Of a stretch of DNA of 64,000 nt, positions 24,380-37,319 are shown piece after piece. Both the position numbers and the translations under genes were made by a program. Source of the DNA: Podospora anserina (Eukaryota); the NCBI GenBank assembly GCA_017654855.1, contig CM030333.1, forward strand, positions 124,001 through 188,000, in the 5' to 3' direction. The notes beneath the pieces were generated by a model. It searched no databases. It was not told where the DNA came from and saw only the letters and a list, made by a program, of their open reading frames with translations. The number at the start of each line of letters is the position of its first letter. Within the stretch, counting starts at the first letter, position 1.

Positions 24380-26265
24380 CTATGCCGCCTTCCTCCCAGT
24401 TACTTTGGCATCATCTGGCCCCCTCTGGGCTTGGAGTCTATCCACAAGCCCGTCGTTGATTTCGTCCTCAAAGACGTCCACCTTGGTGGAGGAAAACTTG
24501 CGGGCGCTGACTCCCTTCTGGAAGAGAAGGTCCAGCTCGGCAAAGGAGCGTCCGGTTGGCTCTGGTACCCGGAAGTATGTGTAGATGATGCATAGGAAAC
24601 ACGATCCACCCCAGAAAAAACCGGCATAGTTGGCCCAGTCCCAGGCCCCCGGGTTCAGCATGTATGGGGTGAGCACCCCAGTGATGATGCCCACGATAAT
24701 GCTGTCATTCGTCAGTATGAAACAAGTGTGCGTGAAAGCTTGCACCGGGGGTTACTCACTAGAGAACACGGCCAAGGGCAACAGTTTTTATCTGCAGCCG
24801 TCTGGTCGAGATCTCGCTGACTAGCGAGTAGCACACAGTTCCAACCGTGCTTTGATACGTGAGAGCCCATCCGAGCATGATGCTGCCCGTCGCAATGGCG
24901 CCCTGCTTCCGCTGCTCTTCGGGCACCAGTCCGAGGAAGCCAAGAACCATGAGCATGACGAACAAGCCGCACAGCCCGTACAGGTAGAGCGACCGCCGAC
25001 CGATGCCACGGCTCATCAGAAACCAAGCGCTGAACACACCCACCATGTTGATTCCATACTGACCGAGCGCAAACCCGTAGGCTTGTCTTTCGCCCAGTCC
25101 GGCTTGCTTCAGAAAGTAGGTCGAGTAGTTGGAGAAGGAGTTGCCGCTCAGGTTCTGGATGGCCCACACCATGCAGACAATCTCTGTCCGTCTCAGGTCA
25201 TGTCCCTTGAAACAGTCCCAGTAGCTGGCGCCGGCCGTCGTCTTCTCTTCCAAAGCCGTCGTGTGCACCATCATGTCGACTGTCTCGTCGGCGTCAAAGT
25301 CCACCTCCCGATTCAGACTGGTCAGACGCAGCAGGGACTTTTTGGCCTCGTCCAACTTGCCTTGTCGAACGAGCCACCAGGGACTTTCGGGGGCAAAGAA
25401 GATGCCCACGGCGAGGGGTAACGGCCACATCCACTGCAGCGCGTAGGGAATCCTGTAGGCCCATTCGTCCCGCCTGTCCAGCATGGACATGATGACTCCG
25501 ATGCCGATGAGCTGGCCCAGTCCCCAGCAAAAGTTGACGTAGGTTGTCAGATAGCCTCTCATAGCGACCGGGCACACTTCGGAGGCGTAAGTGATGGTAA
25601 GAGTCTGGAAGATGCCCCAGGGCTACGACCACATCATTAAACTGTCAGCGTCTCTTGCTCCTCCTGCGATCCGGGGCAACCTTACCACACCGCACAGAAT
25701 CTCGGCAGCCAGGAGAGTCTGAACATTCTGCGCCGTGAAAAAGAGAGCAATCCACCCGTTCAAAACCATCAAGGATGCGATGACGGTCCACCGGTAACCA
25801 AACCGCTCAGACACCCAGCCATTGATGAGCAGTCCGATCAGTTCACCAACCATGGCGCCATTACTGAGACCGGCCTGCCACGGGGCCGGCACCTCCCACT
25901 TCTCGCTGTTGGGCAGCTGTTCCCCGTACTTTTGGTTGAATTGAGGAAAGGCGTCTGCGGGAAAGCCCTTGTGGTCAGCCAGCCGCCTTGCATGATGAAC
26001 GGAGCGGGCACCTACAGAAGTTGTTGACAAGGCAAATGTCATATCCCTCCATGACAATGCATGTCGAGATGAGCAGGCTCCAGGCGATGGCCTTGGGATA
26101 CAGCTTGATTCCCTGCAGCAACGTCATGTTTTGTTCCTTTTCCGTGGCCATCCTGGCACCGTGGATCACGCGGTCGGCCGCCGTGAAATGGCCAGCACCC
26201 TTCTCATCGCCAGCCGCGGCCTGAGAAGGCGTGGGCTTGTCATCCGAAGCCATACTGGACGCCAT
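24380..26265 (-). CDS. MFS sugar porter, maltose/alpha-glucoside permease family, multi-exon
   Basis: Has YPKAIAWS...IVMEGYD, WQAGLSNG, YASEVCP...RGYLTTYVNFCW, APESPWWLVR, RRTEIVC and FRVPEPTGRSFAELDLLF. Confidence 0.92.
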
Positions 26266-27566
26266 GGTGTTGGGTATAGAAGAGTTGGAGCTACCAAAGA
26301 ACGACGAGCTCGCTCACATGAAGGAGAAAAGGACTTTTTAAAAGTCGCGTGCCTTCGCCGCGTTGACTGCCGATCCATTTTCATCCATCGCCCCCCGACT
26401 TTGCACAAACTCCACGGAAAAATAATTCACAATCCAATCGCAGAGGAGCCCAGGTGTGACGCTGTGGAGTGTTTGGCGGGTTACAGCGGGGTAGATAGAC
26501 TGGATGGAGTTGCAGACTCGCATAGGCATGGAACCTGGAGCCCCCTGCCATGATTCAATCCGAGCATCTGGTTCCTAGCTGCCCCTTGTGCCCTTTTCCA
26601 GACAGAGATGCATGCTGAAACATATGTTGGGTACCTGGAGGGAGGCATTCAACCTGGAGGTACTAGGCCAATTTTGGCCAAGGCAACAGTCGGGCGCCGT
26701 TTTAGACTCTATGTACCTGCGCTCTGTTAGTGTCGAGTGTCCACCCGATGCCCAAGGTAAGGTGCCATACCTCCAGGCCCTAGTATAGAGTGAATGTGTA
26801 CCTGGGTAGACGTCTGTCACGACCGCGGCGGTGCGTGGGAATGCAAAGGGAAAGGGGAAGAAGGATGGGAGATGAAAAATGGAATATGGAAGATGCAAGA
26901 TGGCAGTGCCATATGGAGAGCGCCGTGGCGCCCTTCCCCGCATCGTGATTCGGGACCCGATCGAGAAACGCAGACTGATGCCAGGTGGGATGGAGGTGCA
27001 GCAGCCAGCCCAGTCTGACTTTCTTTTTTTACTTGTCACAGACATATCTGCTTACATTAGGTCCATCATCAATCTTCCACGGTTCTTTCCATCTTCCATT
27101 TCTTTGCCCAGACCACTACTTGCATTATCGCCCCAGTCTGCCACTGCTGCTGGCAGCTGCAACAAGCCTGTAATTCCATCTCATCGGGCGCCATTTCCCC
27201 TGGCTGGGTGAGGATATCAGCCCCAAACCACAAGCCGCGCGTGTGTGCAAGCTCGGGTCTCGTATTGTCAAGCTTCTCTTCTCTCCAGCCTTCTCTCGCA
27301 GTTTCTCTCGCTCGACAAATTCCATTCTCAACAACCACAACAACAGCAGCAGCAGCAGCAGCAACATACTCCACCTCCCCGACAGGATCTCCTCTCTCCA
27401 CCCTCCACTGCCCACGGCTCCACCGTCCCGCCCGTCGCACAGCCGAGCATGCTTGCGCTTCTCCTGCTGGTGTGAGTTTCGGCTTTCTCGCGGCCACCGA
27501 CAGCTGGAGCCCAGACAGAACCCTCCCGTCCCGTCCCGCCTCCGATCGCCAGTGCTGTGGGCAGGC

Positions 27567-30032
27567 ATGGCATCTCCAAGCACGAGCACCTCCGCCTCCG
27601 GCTCGTCTCCCGGCGCCCTACCCGGTCTGGCCAAGTTTGGCTGGTGCGTGTGTTCCTTTTTCCTTGTCTTCTTTTTGGAGCCCACGGATCTGGTTTGATT
27701 TGATCTAATCTGATCTGATCCGATCCGATCTGATATGATCTGATTGATCCGATCCCGTCCCCTCTTCTGTTTTGCCCAGACTAACAAACCCACGCAACCA
27801 TAACAGCATCAACTGTCGGGAGCAGCATCTGAAATGTTAGTCCGGCCAGTGCAGCAGCCCGCAACATCTCCCATATGCACGGCCAAGTATTGACGAGCAG
27901 ACTATAGGTGATCGAGTAACACCCACATGTGGCCGCTGCCAAACTTCAGGCCGGGCCTGTCGTCCAACCGGCCTCAAGATCCGTGTCAACACCGAGAGTA
28001 AGTTCTTGTCCTTTCTCTACTCTATTTCACACATCATCTGAGGCTGACAGACTGCCTGCAGATGGCAAGTTTAAATTCACAAGGAAACAGAAGTGGGTCA
28101 GGTTTCCAAAACGATGTATGTCAGTCCTTCTGGGTGCTGGCAGAGAGTGCCTTGGTTGCTAACGACGGCTGCGGCTGGAAAAGATGTTTGGATCGATGAG
28201 ACCACGACAGTCGGGCATGATCAGTCCAGCCCGGAAAGCGGGGCTGAAGATTTTGATACTGACTTGTTGAACTATGCTGCCTCGCCAGAGCTTACCTCGC
28301 CAGAGCTTACCTCGCCAGGAGGAGCGACAGCCCCGCCATCTGCTACCCTCTCCCAGGAATCCTCAGTCCCGCCCGAGTCTAGACACTCGCCCAGTGATCT
28401 TGCCATTGTCACCAGATTCGCTGTAGACGGGCACCAGTCTGCTGTGGAAGAACAGCCGTTTGCGGTCCAACCCTCTCTTCTCGGCGTTGAGGAGCCTTCC
28501 AAGTGGCCACTACCACAGGGTACCGAAGGCCATCTCATCCGTCACTTTGTTGAAAACCTGGCCCTCTGGCTCGACCTGTGCGATCCAAACCGTATGTGCG
28601 CCGTGACCTTGTCAATTCCCGTCCTGGTGTCCAGTGCAAAGCAAAAGCTAACACCAGAGAACAGAATCATTCCAGATTGAAGTGCCCCGTAGGGCTGCAA
28701 AGTCTTCCATCTTGCGAGACGCCATGTTGGCGTTATCTGCCCGGCATCAGGCCAATACCTGTCGATCCTATTACGAGGAGCAGGCCCAGGTCTATGCTTT
28801 CCGGTGCATTGAAAACATCAACAAGATCAGCAAGTGCGGGGGTCTCGCGGTGCTGGTCAACCGCGAGCCCAGGTTGGCTGAGAACTGTTTCGCTGCAGCC
28901 ATCATTCTAAGAGTCATGGAGGAAATGCAAGGTACGTCATGAATATTGCGCATCTAGAGATAGAGACCATGGCATAGCAGAACCAAGGACATGCTGACAC
29001 GGTTCCAGAGTCCCAAACCCTCTTGATGGACGAACAAGATGTCAAAAGCCACGTGCATCTCACGGGCATTCGCGGGTATACAAACAGCTATGTCTCCCGT
29101 CACAAGGGCCTCGCCCCGGGAACATTGGCCGCCGCGTCGTTTTGGGTGGGTTTGCGGCAGGATATATACTATGCTGTCATGAAAAAGGCCACGGTAAAGC
29201 TCAGCCTGGTCTCCGCGCTGCCCAGCAAAGATCCATACGAGGATATTGAAGACGATTACTACTGGGCCAACAGAGCTGTAGTGCACTGCGCCAACGTTTT
29301 GAACTTTTGCCATGGTGACCAGGCGAACCGCACGTCTGACCGGTGGGAGCTGCTCGTCCAAGAAAATGAACATTGGGCGGCCCGAATGGGGAGGGGAGAC
29401 AGCAACAAGCTGGCCATGCTGAGGGAGGAGTCTGACTTTTGGGTGCCCTACGTCAAAGAAAACGACAATACCAAGCCCTTTCCAGAGATTTGGTATCTGA
29501 GAAGCTGCCAAGGTGAGGCGCACGACGCATGTTTCGAGCTCCTGTCCCTGAAGCTAACTACGAATGTTGCCGCAGTTATCGGGATGCAACACTTTCTTCT
29601 CGCCTCAGCCTTTCTGTTCTATAACAAACCAAGGCATGGGATGGCCTCGATGGATGAGGCCCAAGCGCTGACGGTAGGTCATGTCAAGGACCCTATAAGA
29701 CGAAAGATGACCTAGCTGTTCTGACACTTGTTTGGCAGAATCACGTTCAGGCACTGGTGCGAGAAATTTGTGGCATTGGGCTCGGAAACAAGAGCATAGC
29801 TCCAAGCATGTTCACTGCCTGCATGGCAATTGCAGCCTGTAAGAATTTCAAACCCTTTTGCCTTTCGGTTGTGGAGGACTGGCTTGCTAACAGTCGAGTA
29901 GTCGGTCACTTGTTCAGCAGGCTCCAGGACCAGACTGCCATGCTGGCCATTCTCGAACAGACCGAGAAAGACCATGCTCGTCCCACGTTGGAGGTCCAGC
30001 AACAGATGAAGAAAGCCTGGCGCTGGCGATAA
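27567..30032 (+). CDS. Zn(II)2Cys6 fungal transcription factor with a C-terminal fungal TF domain, many exons
   Basis: Introns 27644-27806 and 27836-27907 assemble C-INC-REQHLK-C-DRVTPT-C-GRC-QTSGRA-C. Downstream exons contain HLIRHFVENLALWLDLCD, AASFWVGLRQDIY and PFPEIWYL. Confidence 0.85.
27696..27753 (+). repeat. Pentanucleotide microsatellite (TGATC/CGATC)n in TF intron 1
   Basis: tgatttgatctaatctgatctgatccgatccgatctgatatgatctgattgatccgat. Confidence 0.8.
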
Positions 30033-31849
30033 GGCTTGTTAATTCACATGTCTGCGGCCCTTTCAAGATGAGGGCAAATGTACTGTGTGGATGGGACATG
30101 AGGGAATGGGCAGTCTGCGTGTGTCTTGGAGTTCAGGCAGGAGGAGCGGTTTTCTCAACTAGGCCGATCGTCACTGCTGTGTCGGTCAGTGGAATCGGCA
30201 CTTAGCTACGAGATCAGGTCAGCCTGTGAATCAACAACACCAGAAGCTAATGCATGTCTACCGCACGTGTAAGGCAACTTTGGTCGCCTTCATCTCGAGG
30301 TGCAGCTCGCCGCTCTTTTGTGGGTGCCACCCAACGTCGGGCCGCAACTCGTCTACGTCTACGCATAGGAGGCTGAACCTCGAACGAATGGGCGAGCTCG
30401 GTTATCACGTGGACCTCCTAGTGCGGGAAAAAAGAAAACGGGTGGCGGCGCGTGATGGACACAGAAATCAGGGCAGAGGAAACGGGTTTGCCATCGCTAC
30501 TATTAATGCTGCCTGCCCGCATGTTGCAGGAAGCGTAGTGTATGTTTGTCCCCCCCATACCACTACCTAGGACTTGGTGGTGCGGGGCGCATGCGTTCAG
30601 CAGTGCTCCCGACCAGGGACCGGGGACCGGGGTTGGTGATGAGGCTGGCTGCTCAAGCGTCCCCCCTCCCCTCCCCTCCTCGCGCAGTTTTGCCCGATTC
30701 CGAGCAATCTAGCATGTTTCTTCCGAACTGTGGATGGGAGCCCAAGAGTCCGGCTGACCTCCCGGGGTACGTTTCCTGTTCCTAGAAGGCTCAACGTCCT
30801 GTTGAGCAATTTCAGCCGATGTGTGCCGGATTGCTGGGAAGTACCCGCATCCCGGGATCGCGGGAAGGGGTTCATCAGGTAGAGAGGGCACAGGACGACG
30901 GTCACGGGAGACGCATGGCACTGTCTTGGGGAGGGTGTGGGATCTTCCGAACGGCCGGGGAGATCTTATCTCGATGATGGAAACCGAGGTGCATATCCGT
31001 CCTGTCCTCCCAGCCTGGAGACTTCTACACACATACACGCTCATGCAGGTGCCCGGATACCCCCCACAGACCAAGACAATGTCGAGTTGGAGCAAACCGC
31101 CTGCCGAAGCAAACATTGGCGCACCGGCGATGTCCCCGTACCCTATTATGAGTCCAGATGCCGGCGTCCACACTGTGGACGCACACCCCTCGAGGCAAAC
31201 ATACCTGTGTTCACGACACCGAATTTCTCCATGGTCTGATCTTCTTTTCTTTTTCGTGTAGTCCTTCTCTGTGTCTCAGTACCACCCCTCCTGCTCATGT
31301 CCGTCACACTAGCCTCGTCGGTATGCTTCTTTTTCCCAGATGCCTTCCCAGGTGGTGACTGACACTTCGTTTGGACTTGTGCGGTGAGCAATCATGCATT
31401 TCCCATTGACTCTTGAGTGACATTCTTTCCGCTCTGGGCTGGGCATGGTGCCGTCGTTACCGCCTAGTGGCTCATGATCGATCGAGGTGCGGCTGTTCGG
31501 GGGTATAAAATGCGGTGTGCTCCGTCCATGAAGGATTGCAGTGGCTTTCTCTGTCGGCACTGGGCGTCGTTGCTATCACAGCCCACACCACATGACCGCC
31601 TGCTAGGTAGTTCGCCTGTTTTGCCTTGCTGCGTTGCTCATCACGACCTCGTGAGCTCAGGTCACATCGAGAGAGAAGACTCCCCAGGCTAGTAAGTGGT
31701 GGCTCACACTGTGAAAGTCCCTCGTTCCGTTTTCTGGCTGACTAGCCGGTCACAGTTCGCACACACACACAACAGAGCCTCCGGGCGATTACAGGTGACA
31801 AATCACACACTAGACGGTTCTTGAGCTGCAGCGCCCAGCACACCGGTCC

Positions 31850-32866
31850 ATGGCCCCTTCGGCGATCTACGCTTCCGAGCAGCCGCCTCTGCTGCTGGCT
31901 GACGGTGCGGCTCTGGAAGTCATCTCTGATGCCGTCGACAAGGTCAACAAGCTCAAGGGCCTCTCGTCGCCCATCACAGCCTACGACTCCGAGTCCAAAT
32001 TTGACGTGGCCAAAGACAAGGCTTCTTTCCGCCAGTATGAAACGGCCTGTGAGCGCGTGCGCGACTTTTATTCGGAGCAGCATGCCCGGCAGACGGTGGA
32101 GCACAATCTGAGAATGAGGGCGCACTTCTTTGACCCCAAGAGGAAGCGGGAGGAGATGACCATCTGGCAGGCCATGGAGCGGCTCAACACCCTGATTGAT
32201 GATTCCGATCCCGATACCGACCTGAGCCAGATCCAACACCTGCTGCAGAGTGCCGAGGCCATTCGGAGGGACGGGAAGCCGAGGTGGATGCAAGTCACGG
32301 GGCTAGTTCACGACCTGGGGAAGCTCATGCTGTTCTTCAAAGGGTGCTCGACGGGGCAGTGGGACGTCGTGGGGGACACGTTCCCTGTCGGCTGCAAATG
32401 GGATGAAAAGTGTGTCTTTGTCGAGGCGTTCGGGCAGAATCCCGACCGCGAACACCCCATCTATGGGACCAAGAATGGGATCTACACCCCCGGGAAAGGC
32501 ATCGATCAGTTCATGATGAGCTGGGGGCACGATGAGTTCCTTTACCTGGTGCTCAAGGATCAAAGCGTCTTGCCCAGAGAGGCGTTGGCCATGATTCGGT
32601 ACCACAGCTTCTACCCGTGGCATCACGAGGGCGCATACAAAGAGTTTATGGCTGACGGTGACGAGGTGCTGTTGAGGGCGGTGCAGGCGTTCAATCCTTA
32701 TGATTTGTATAGCAAGACGGACGAGGAGCCGGATGTGGAAAAGATGAAGGTATGGTTTCCCCGTGTTTCTCAGCCAGAAGGAAAACTGCTAACAAAAGAT
32801 GGAATACAGCCTTACTACATGGAGTTGATTGATGAGTTCTTTCCGCAAAAGGTTCTCAAGTGGTAA
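31850..32866 (+). CDS. MIOX: Myo-inositol oxygenase (di-iron), with a probable in-frame intron at 32750-32809
   Basis: Has DDSDPD, HLLQSAEAIR, GLVHDLGK, QWDVVGDTFPVGC, MSWGHDE, IRYHSFYPWH and YDLYSK. Confidence 0.95.
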   Translation: MAPSAIYASEQPPLLLADGAALEVISDAVDKVNKLKGLSSPITAYDSESKFDVAKDKASFRQYETACERVRDFYSEQHARQTVEHNLRMRAHFFDPKRKREEMTIWQAMERLNTLIDDSDPDTDLSQIQHLLQSAEAIRRDGKPRWMQVTGLVHDLGKLMLFFKGCSTGQWDVVGDTFPVGCKWDEKCVFVEAFGQNPDREHPIYGTKNGIYTPGKGIDQFMMSWGHDEFLYLVLKDQSVLPREALAMIRYHSFYPWHHEGAYKEFMADGDEVLLRAVQAFNPYDLYSKTDEEPDVEKMKVWFPRVSQPEGKLLTKDGIQPYYMELIDEFFPQKVLKW

Positions 32867-33016
32867 CATTATGGAAGGAATCAAGGCTGGGGAGGAGAGA
32901 GGGTTTTCGAGGAGCATAGACACATGTTGACTTGTAACTACCTAGACAGGTAGTTTAGCTAGAATTGTTACCAAGAGTAGGAAATAGGGGTACGTAGGTA
33001 AAGTTGAAAGACATGC

Positions 33017-34121
33017 TCATTGATCATTCAACCACTTGAACACGACCCTGGCATCCTTCCCTTTGTATCTCTCGTCCTCCATCGCCTCACTAAACGCATT
33101 CAGTGTAGGTTCGTCCAGCACTGTTCTCGCACCCACATCCCGGGCCAGCTTCGAGCCCATTCCCAACACTTTGGCACAAAGCTCTATCCTAAAACCCCCT
33201 TCGTATCCCCTGGTGCTCGGAACATTATCTTGAACCCCTGGTACCGGGTTTGACTTGCTTGTGACCCAACACTGACCCCCGGAGGCATTGATTACTTGAG
33301 TCAGTAACCGGGGATCTAACCCAGCTTTAACTCCTATGTTTAAAGCTTCGGATGCAGCCAGCGACGTTATGGCTGACAGGTAATTATTGATGATTTTGAA
33401 TGCCGTGCCGGCTCCAACGTCTCCGCAAAGGAAGGTACCGTCTGGATCACCCATATGACACAGAAAAGACTTGACGAGGGGAAACACAGAGGCGGAGAGC
33501 GGTGGTGGACAGCCGACCATAAAAGTTAGGGACTTGTTCTGAGCCCCCATAGGACCGCCGGACACAGGAGCATCCACAAAGGTTGCCCGGTTCTCGGGTA
33601 TGGAGCGAGAGACGGTGAGAATTGTTGACGACTCTATTGTGCCACATTCCATGAGCAGCTTTGAGCCACAGGCGTTATGGTCCAAAGGTTCGGGGAGTGC
33701 CGGGAGTATTCCAGTGGACGCATCGAGATAAACGGCTAGAACGGACGAAGAGTTTGGAAGCATAGTGATGACCGTGTCCTTGGCATCAACTTTTATCAGT
33801 GAAACGTTTCACCCATGCAGCCAACGACGACCGGTGGCATCTTACAGCTTGCTTGGCTGCCTCGAATCCATTTTGTACAATCCGGACTGGACCTCTCCCC
33901 AAAACTGAGACCTCAGCCATGAACCTCTCGAGAGCATCGGTGTTGACGTCACAGATGAGGAGCGTCTTGTCAGAACCCAGGCCAGCCCGAAGGTTCCTGG
34001 CCATGGGATAACCCATCACGCCCAGACCTGGTTTGCTTTCATTAGGACCCCTCGGGGCTACGCCATTCAGCGGGATGATAAACATACCGATAAACGCCAC
34101 CGTATCCTTGGGAGATGACAT
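33017..34121 (-). CDS. 3-hydroxyisobutyrate/3-hydroxyacid dehydrogenase family protein (paralog 1), 3 exons
   Basis: Spliced AFIGLGVMGYPMARNL, then TMLP, DAPVSGG, LTFMVG and catalytic FKIINN. Confidence 0.9.
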
Positions 34122-34773
34122 GGCAGAACCTGATGCTGGTAAAGTAATGATGTTTGCTCGCCACACTAAATAGTGTTCTGGCCGAGAGCGGAGGGGCTTC
34201 AGTGATGTTCTCAAAAGGTCGCCGTGAACGCAACACCAACACCACGAGAAACAACGACTTCCGATAGACATCTACATGTACCTGTGGTTTGACAAACAAC
34301 CACATTTCCTAAAAAAATCCCCGATCCTCCCGTCCTGTTCCGTGGAAAACCATTGCCAGAAGATAACTGCCGATCTGTGGCCCAGAGCCGTCTGCTCGGC
34401 ATGTAGATGGTATGTATGGCTGGGAATGAGGGGGATCAGAAGACACTGCATATCCCCCACATCTGCAATGCAGCAAGAGCAAACGGGTGATTCATGCGTC
34501 ACCTTGCAGTGTCTTGGATGATAGAATCGAGCTCTGTGCCGCGAAGAAGACCAAACACCAGATTTCCGAGGTGGCACAATTATCGTGGGCTCGAGAAGCG
34601 AAAACCGGGTAGGCGGAATTGACGGGCAGGAACTAGTTCACCGCCTCAGTTTGACGACATATGCTTGTTAGTAGTACAAGATGGCTGTGATTGGTGATGC
34701 GCTTCTCACATGTTTATCTTCAACCGAACTATCTCTTTTCTGTACGACATGCCACAAACATGGCTCGCGGCTG

Positions 34774-35760
34774 CTACAATTTTCCCGGCCAGAACCGGTG
34801 TTTGTTTCTTTCCCTCCAGGCTCCGTCGTGAGCGACAACCACTTCTGTCTCAACAGGCCGTTGACAGCTTTCAACAAAGTCTCTGATTCTGTCAAGCGAG
34901 GTGGCGGCAGCCCCGGTGTCAACATGCACACTTCTCAGCCCTCCCCTTCCATCCGGATACATTGCAATCCCCTTGTCTCCTGCCAGAATACGTGGGTCAT
35001 GGCAGCAATCGCCTCCTAAGTAAACATACTTTGAGTTGGCAACCTGGCAAAGCAGATTGACATGTCCATGGAGATGACCTGGGGTGTCAATGACCGTGAC
35101 AGACCCATCCCCGAACAAATCCAACGTGGACGAAAAGGTGAATCGAGGCCTCCAGGTCCAGATATCAGCATCTAAATAGGGCGCGATGCGAGCCAGTGCT
35201 GAGTCTGATGGCCGTGTCCTTTGGGGCCGACCACTTCCAACCCCGGACAGGGAAACAGGCGGTAGTTCTATTGTTCGATCGGACGGCAACTCGTCGTCGT
35301 TGAAGAGATCAGCTGGGTAGAGCGGGCCGTCCCCATTTTTGAGGAGATCCAGGGTGCCGGCACCAACGAGGAAGGTGGCCGAGGAAAAGTCTGACGGTGT
35401 GCCAACGTGATCCCAGTGTACATGACTTAGCATCACTAGGTCGATATCTTTCGGAGTGATGGTGGCACTGCCAGATAGCAGGCTCTCCCTGCAGTCTGGA
35501 GATACAATAACAGGTTGTCGTTCAGCAATGTGTGCTTGCTGAGAGGGGGTGTATCTTTCGATATCTCGTTTTACCCCAAGGTCGAATAACATCCGAGTAG
35601 GTCTTGTTTTTCCAGGAGCGCAGTGTTGAATGAGAAAGGAGAGAGACGGGACAGTGGTACGCTTCTCGGAGTCAGCGTCGGTAACGAACAATCGCTCTGG
35701 CAGTGTGAGGTGGCCTGCGTCCAGGGCCGAGATCGTAACGGTTACTGGTGAGGACTCCAT
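34774..35760 (-). CDS. Metallo-beta-lactamase-fold hydrolase (AHL-lactonase-like)
   Basis: Has LFDLG, the HxHxDH motif SHVHWDH, DTPGHLHGH, GGDCCH and a C-terminal AHD. Likely start MESSPV at 35760. Confidence 0.9.
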   Translation of the reverse strand: MESSPVTVTISALDAGHLTLPERLFVTDADSEKRTTVPSLSFLIQHCAPGKTRPTRMLFDLGVKRDIERYTPSQQAHIAERQPVIVSPDCRESLLSGSATITPKDIDLVMLSHVHWDHVGTPSDFSSATFLVGAGTLDLLKNGDGPLYPADLFNDDELPSDRTIELPPVSLSGVGSGRPQRTRPSDSALARIAPYLDADIWTWRPRFTFSSTLDLFGDGSVTVIDTPGHLHGHVNLLCQVANSKYVYLGGDCCHDPRILAGDKGIAMYPDGRGGLRSVHVDTGAAATSLDRIRDFVESCQRPVETEVVVAHDGAWRERNKHRFWPGKL

Positions 35761-36066
35761 AATGGAAGAGACGAAAAAGTGAAAATGGAAGTCAAGTTTT
35801 GCTTCAAAAGATTTTGTTTCGCTTTTCTGTGAGAAGATAGTCAACTGGTAGAATTGGGGGGGAAATTACGGAAAACACTACTGACTCCGAGGAAGCAGAG
35901 CAGCCCCACCAAGCCACAGACAGGTACTGCTGTGACTTGTAGCTATATAGCGGCATTCCGAACTTGTTGGAGGTAGCATCACCTATTTGCTGCCAAGTCG
36001 AGCGCGTCCTTACGTTTTCATCTCTCCTCAAAGTTGTGAAGTCGTCTTCACTGGCTCAAATTCAGA

Positions 36067-37230
36067 ATGGATTCCTCTATGCTCCCCAACGAAATGAAAG
36101 CCCAAATCCTCCCATCGTTCAACGCACCATATCGACTCACCACACTACCGCTTCCGAGTTTCACAGCCGATAGCCCCCATGAAATGCTCGTTAGAGTCCT
36201 GGCTGCATCGTACTGCCACACAGACCTCGTGATGGCCCAAGGCCAAATGCCCCCCTTCCCGCCTTCATTTCCTCACATTGGATGCCATGAGTTTTCAGGC
36301 GTCGTGGTGTCCCTCCCAGAGCACTCTTCATCTCAATACAGGATTGGTGACCGGGTCGGCGTTCCAGGTCGCTCATTCCGCCCCTGCGGAAAGTGTTTTG
36401 AATGCTCGCGCGAGCCAGACAACGACAAAAACATTTATGTGGACGGTGGGGGATACAGTGTCTACTGTGCCTCGGCGGGCAACCACGGAATCTCGACCCC
36501 AGGTGGGTTTCGAGAATTCGCGATTGTTGATAGTCGACAGGTCACATCGCTGCCAGACAGCATTTCGGCAGTCCAAGGAGCAAGCTTGATGTGCGCGGGG
36601 CTCACCATTTATGCTGCCATTAAAAATTGCGGTTTGGAAAGAGGACAAAAGGTGGGCATCATGGGCTGCGGTGGTGGGCTGGGACATCTTGGGCTCCAGT
36701 TTGCGGCCAAGATGGGACTGGGCGTGATTGGTGTTGATGTTGCGGATGAACCGTTGCGTGTATCAGGGGAGATTGAGGAAACATTGCGCCAGAAAGAGGG
36801 CCTCTCTGTGAGAATCGTGGATGCGAGGATTTCACGAGCCGAGGATATTGTCCAGGAGATGGGGAAAGAGGATCAAAGGCAAGACAGGAGCAACATGGGC
36901 CTTGATGCGGTCATAGTCTTGCCTGAAAGCCAAAGAGCTATGGACTATGGCGTCTCTTTACTTCGAGCTCACGGAAGATGCATCCTGGTTTCGTTTCCCG
37001 CTAATGGGTTTCATATTTCTGCCCGAGACGTGGTCTTTAGGGACATTTCTATCAGAGGTAGTCTTGTAGGGAGCAACAGGATGCTGAGGGAAATGGTCAT
37101 GTTTGCGGCGGAGCATAATGTCCAGGCACGGATCAAGAGTTACCCCTTGAAGAAACTAAACGATCTTGTGCTGGAGTACAAGAAGGGAAAGGGCGGCAAG
37201 CTGGTGATAGACATGTCACTGGATGATTGA
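36067..37230 (+). CDS. Zinc-dependent medium-chain alcohol dehydrogenase
   Basis: Has CHTD, GCHEFSG, structural Zn motif CGKCFEC...C, LMCAGLT and GCGGGLG. Single exon. Confidence 0.92.
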   Translation: MDSSMLPNEMKAQILPSFNAPYRLTTLPLPSFTADSPHEMLVRVLAASYCHTDLVMAQGQMPPFPPSFPHIGCHEFSGVVVSLPEHSSSQYRIGDRVGVPGRSFRPCGKCFECSREPDNDKNIYVDGGGYSVYCASAGNHGISTPGGFREFAIVDSRQVTSLPDSISAVQGASLMCAGLTIYAAIKNCGLERGQKVGIMGCGGGLGHLGLQFAAKMGLGVIGVDVADEPLRVSGEIEETLRQKEGLSVRIVDARISRAEDIVQEMGKEDQRQDRSNMGLDAVIVLPESQRAMDYGVSLLRAHGRCILVSFPANGFHISARDVVFRDISIRGSLVGSNRMLREMVMFAAEHNVQARIKSYPLKKLNDLVLEYKKGKGGKLVIDMSLDD

Positions 37231-37319
37231 GATTGCAACGTGTACCTATTTGACCATACTGTAACAAAAGTGGAGCCGTTACCCCTTAAGGCCTGAGCCC
37301 CTGAACTCTTTGACTGATA

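Noticed and set aside
34774-34785. C-terminal GKL of the intact MBL as a PTS1
   Set aside because: Non-canonical tripeptide, and no other cluster enzyme shows a PTS1.
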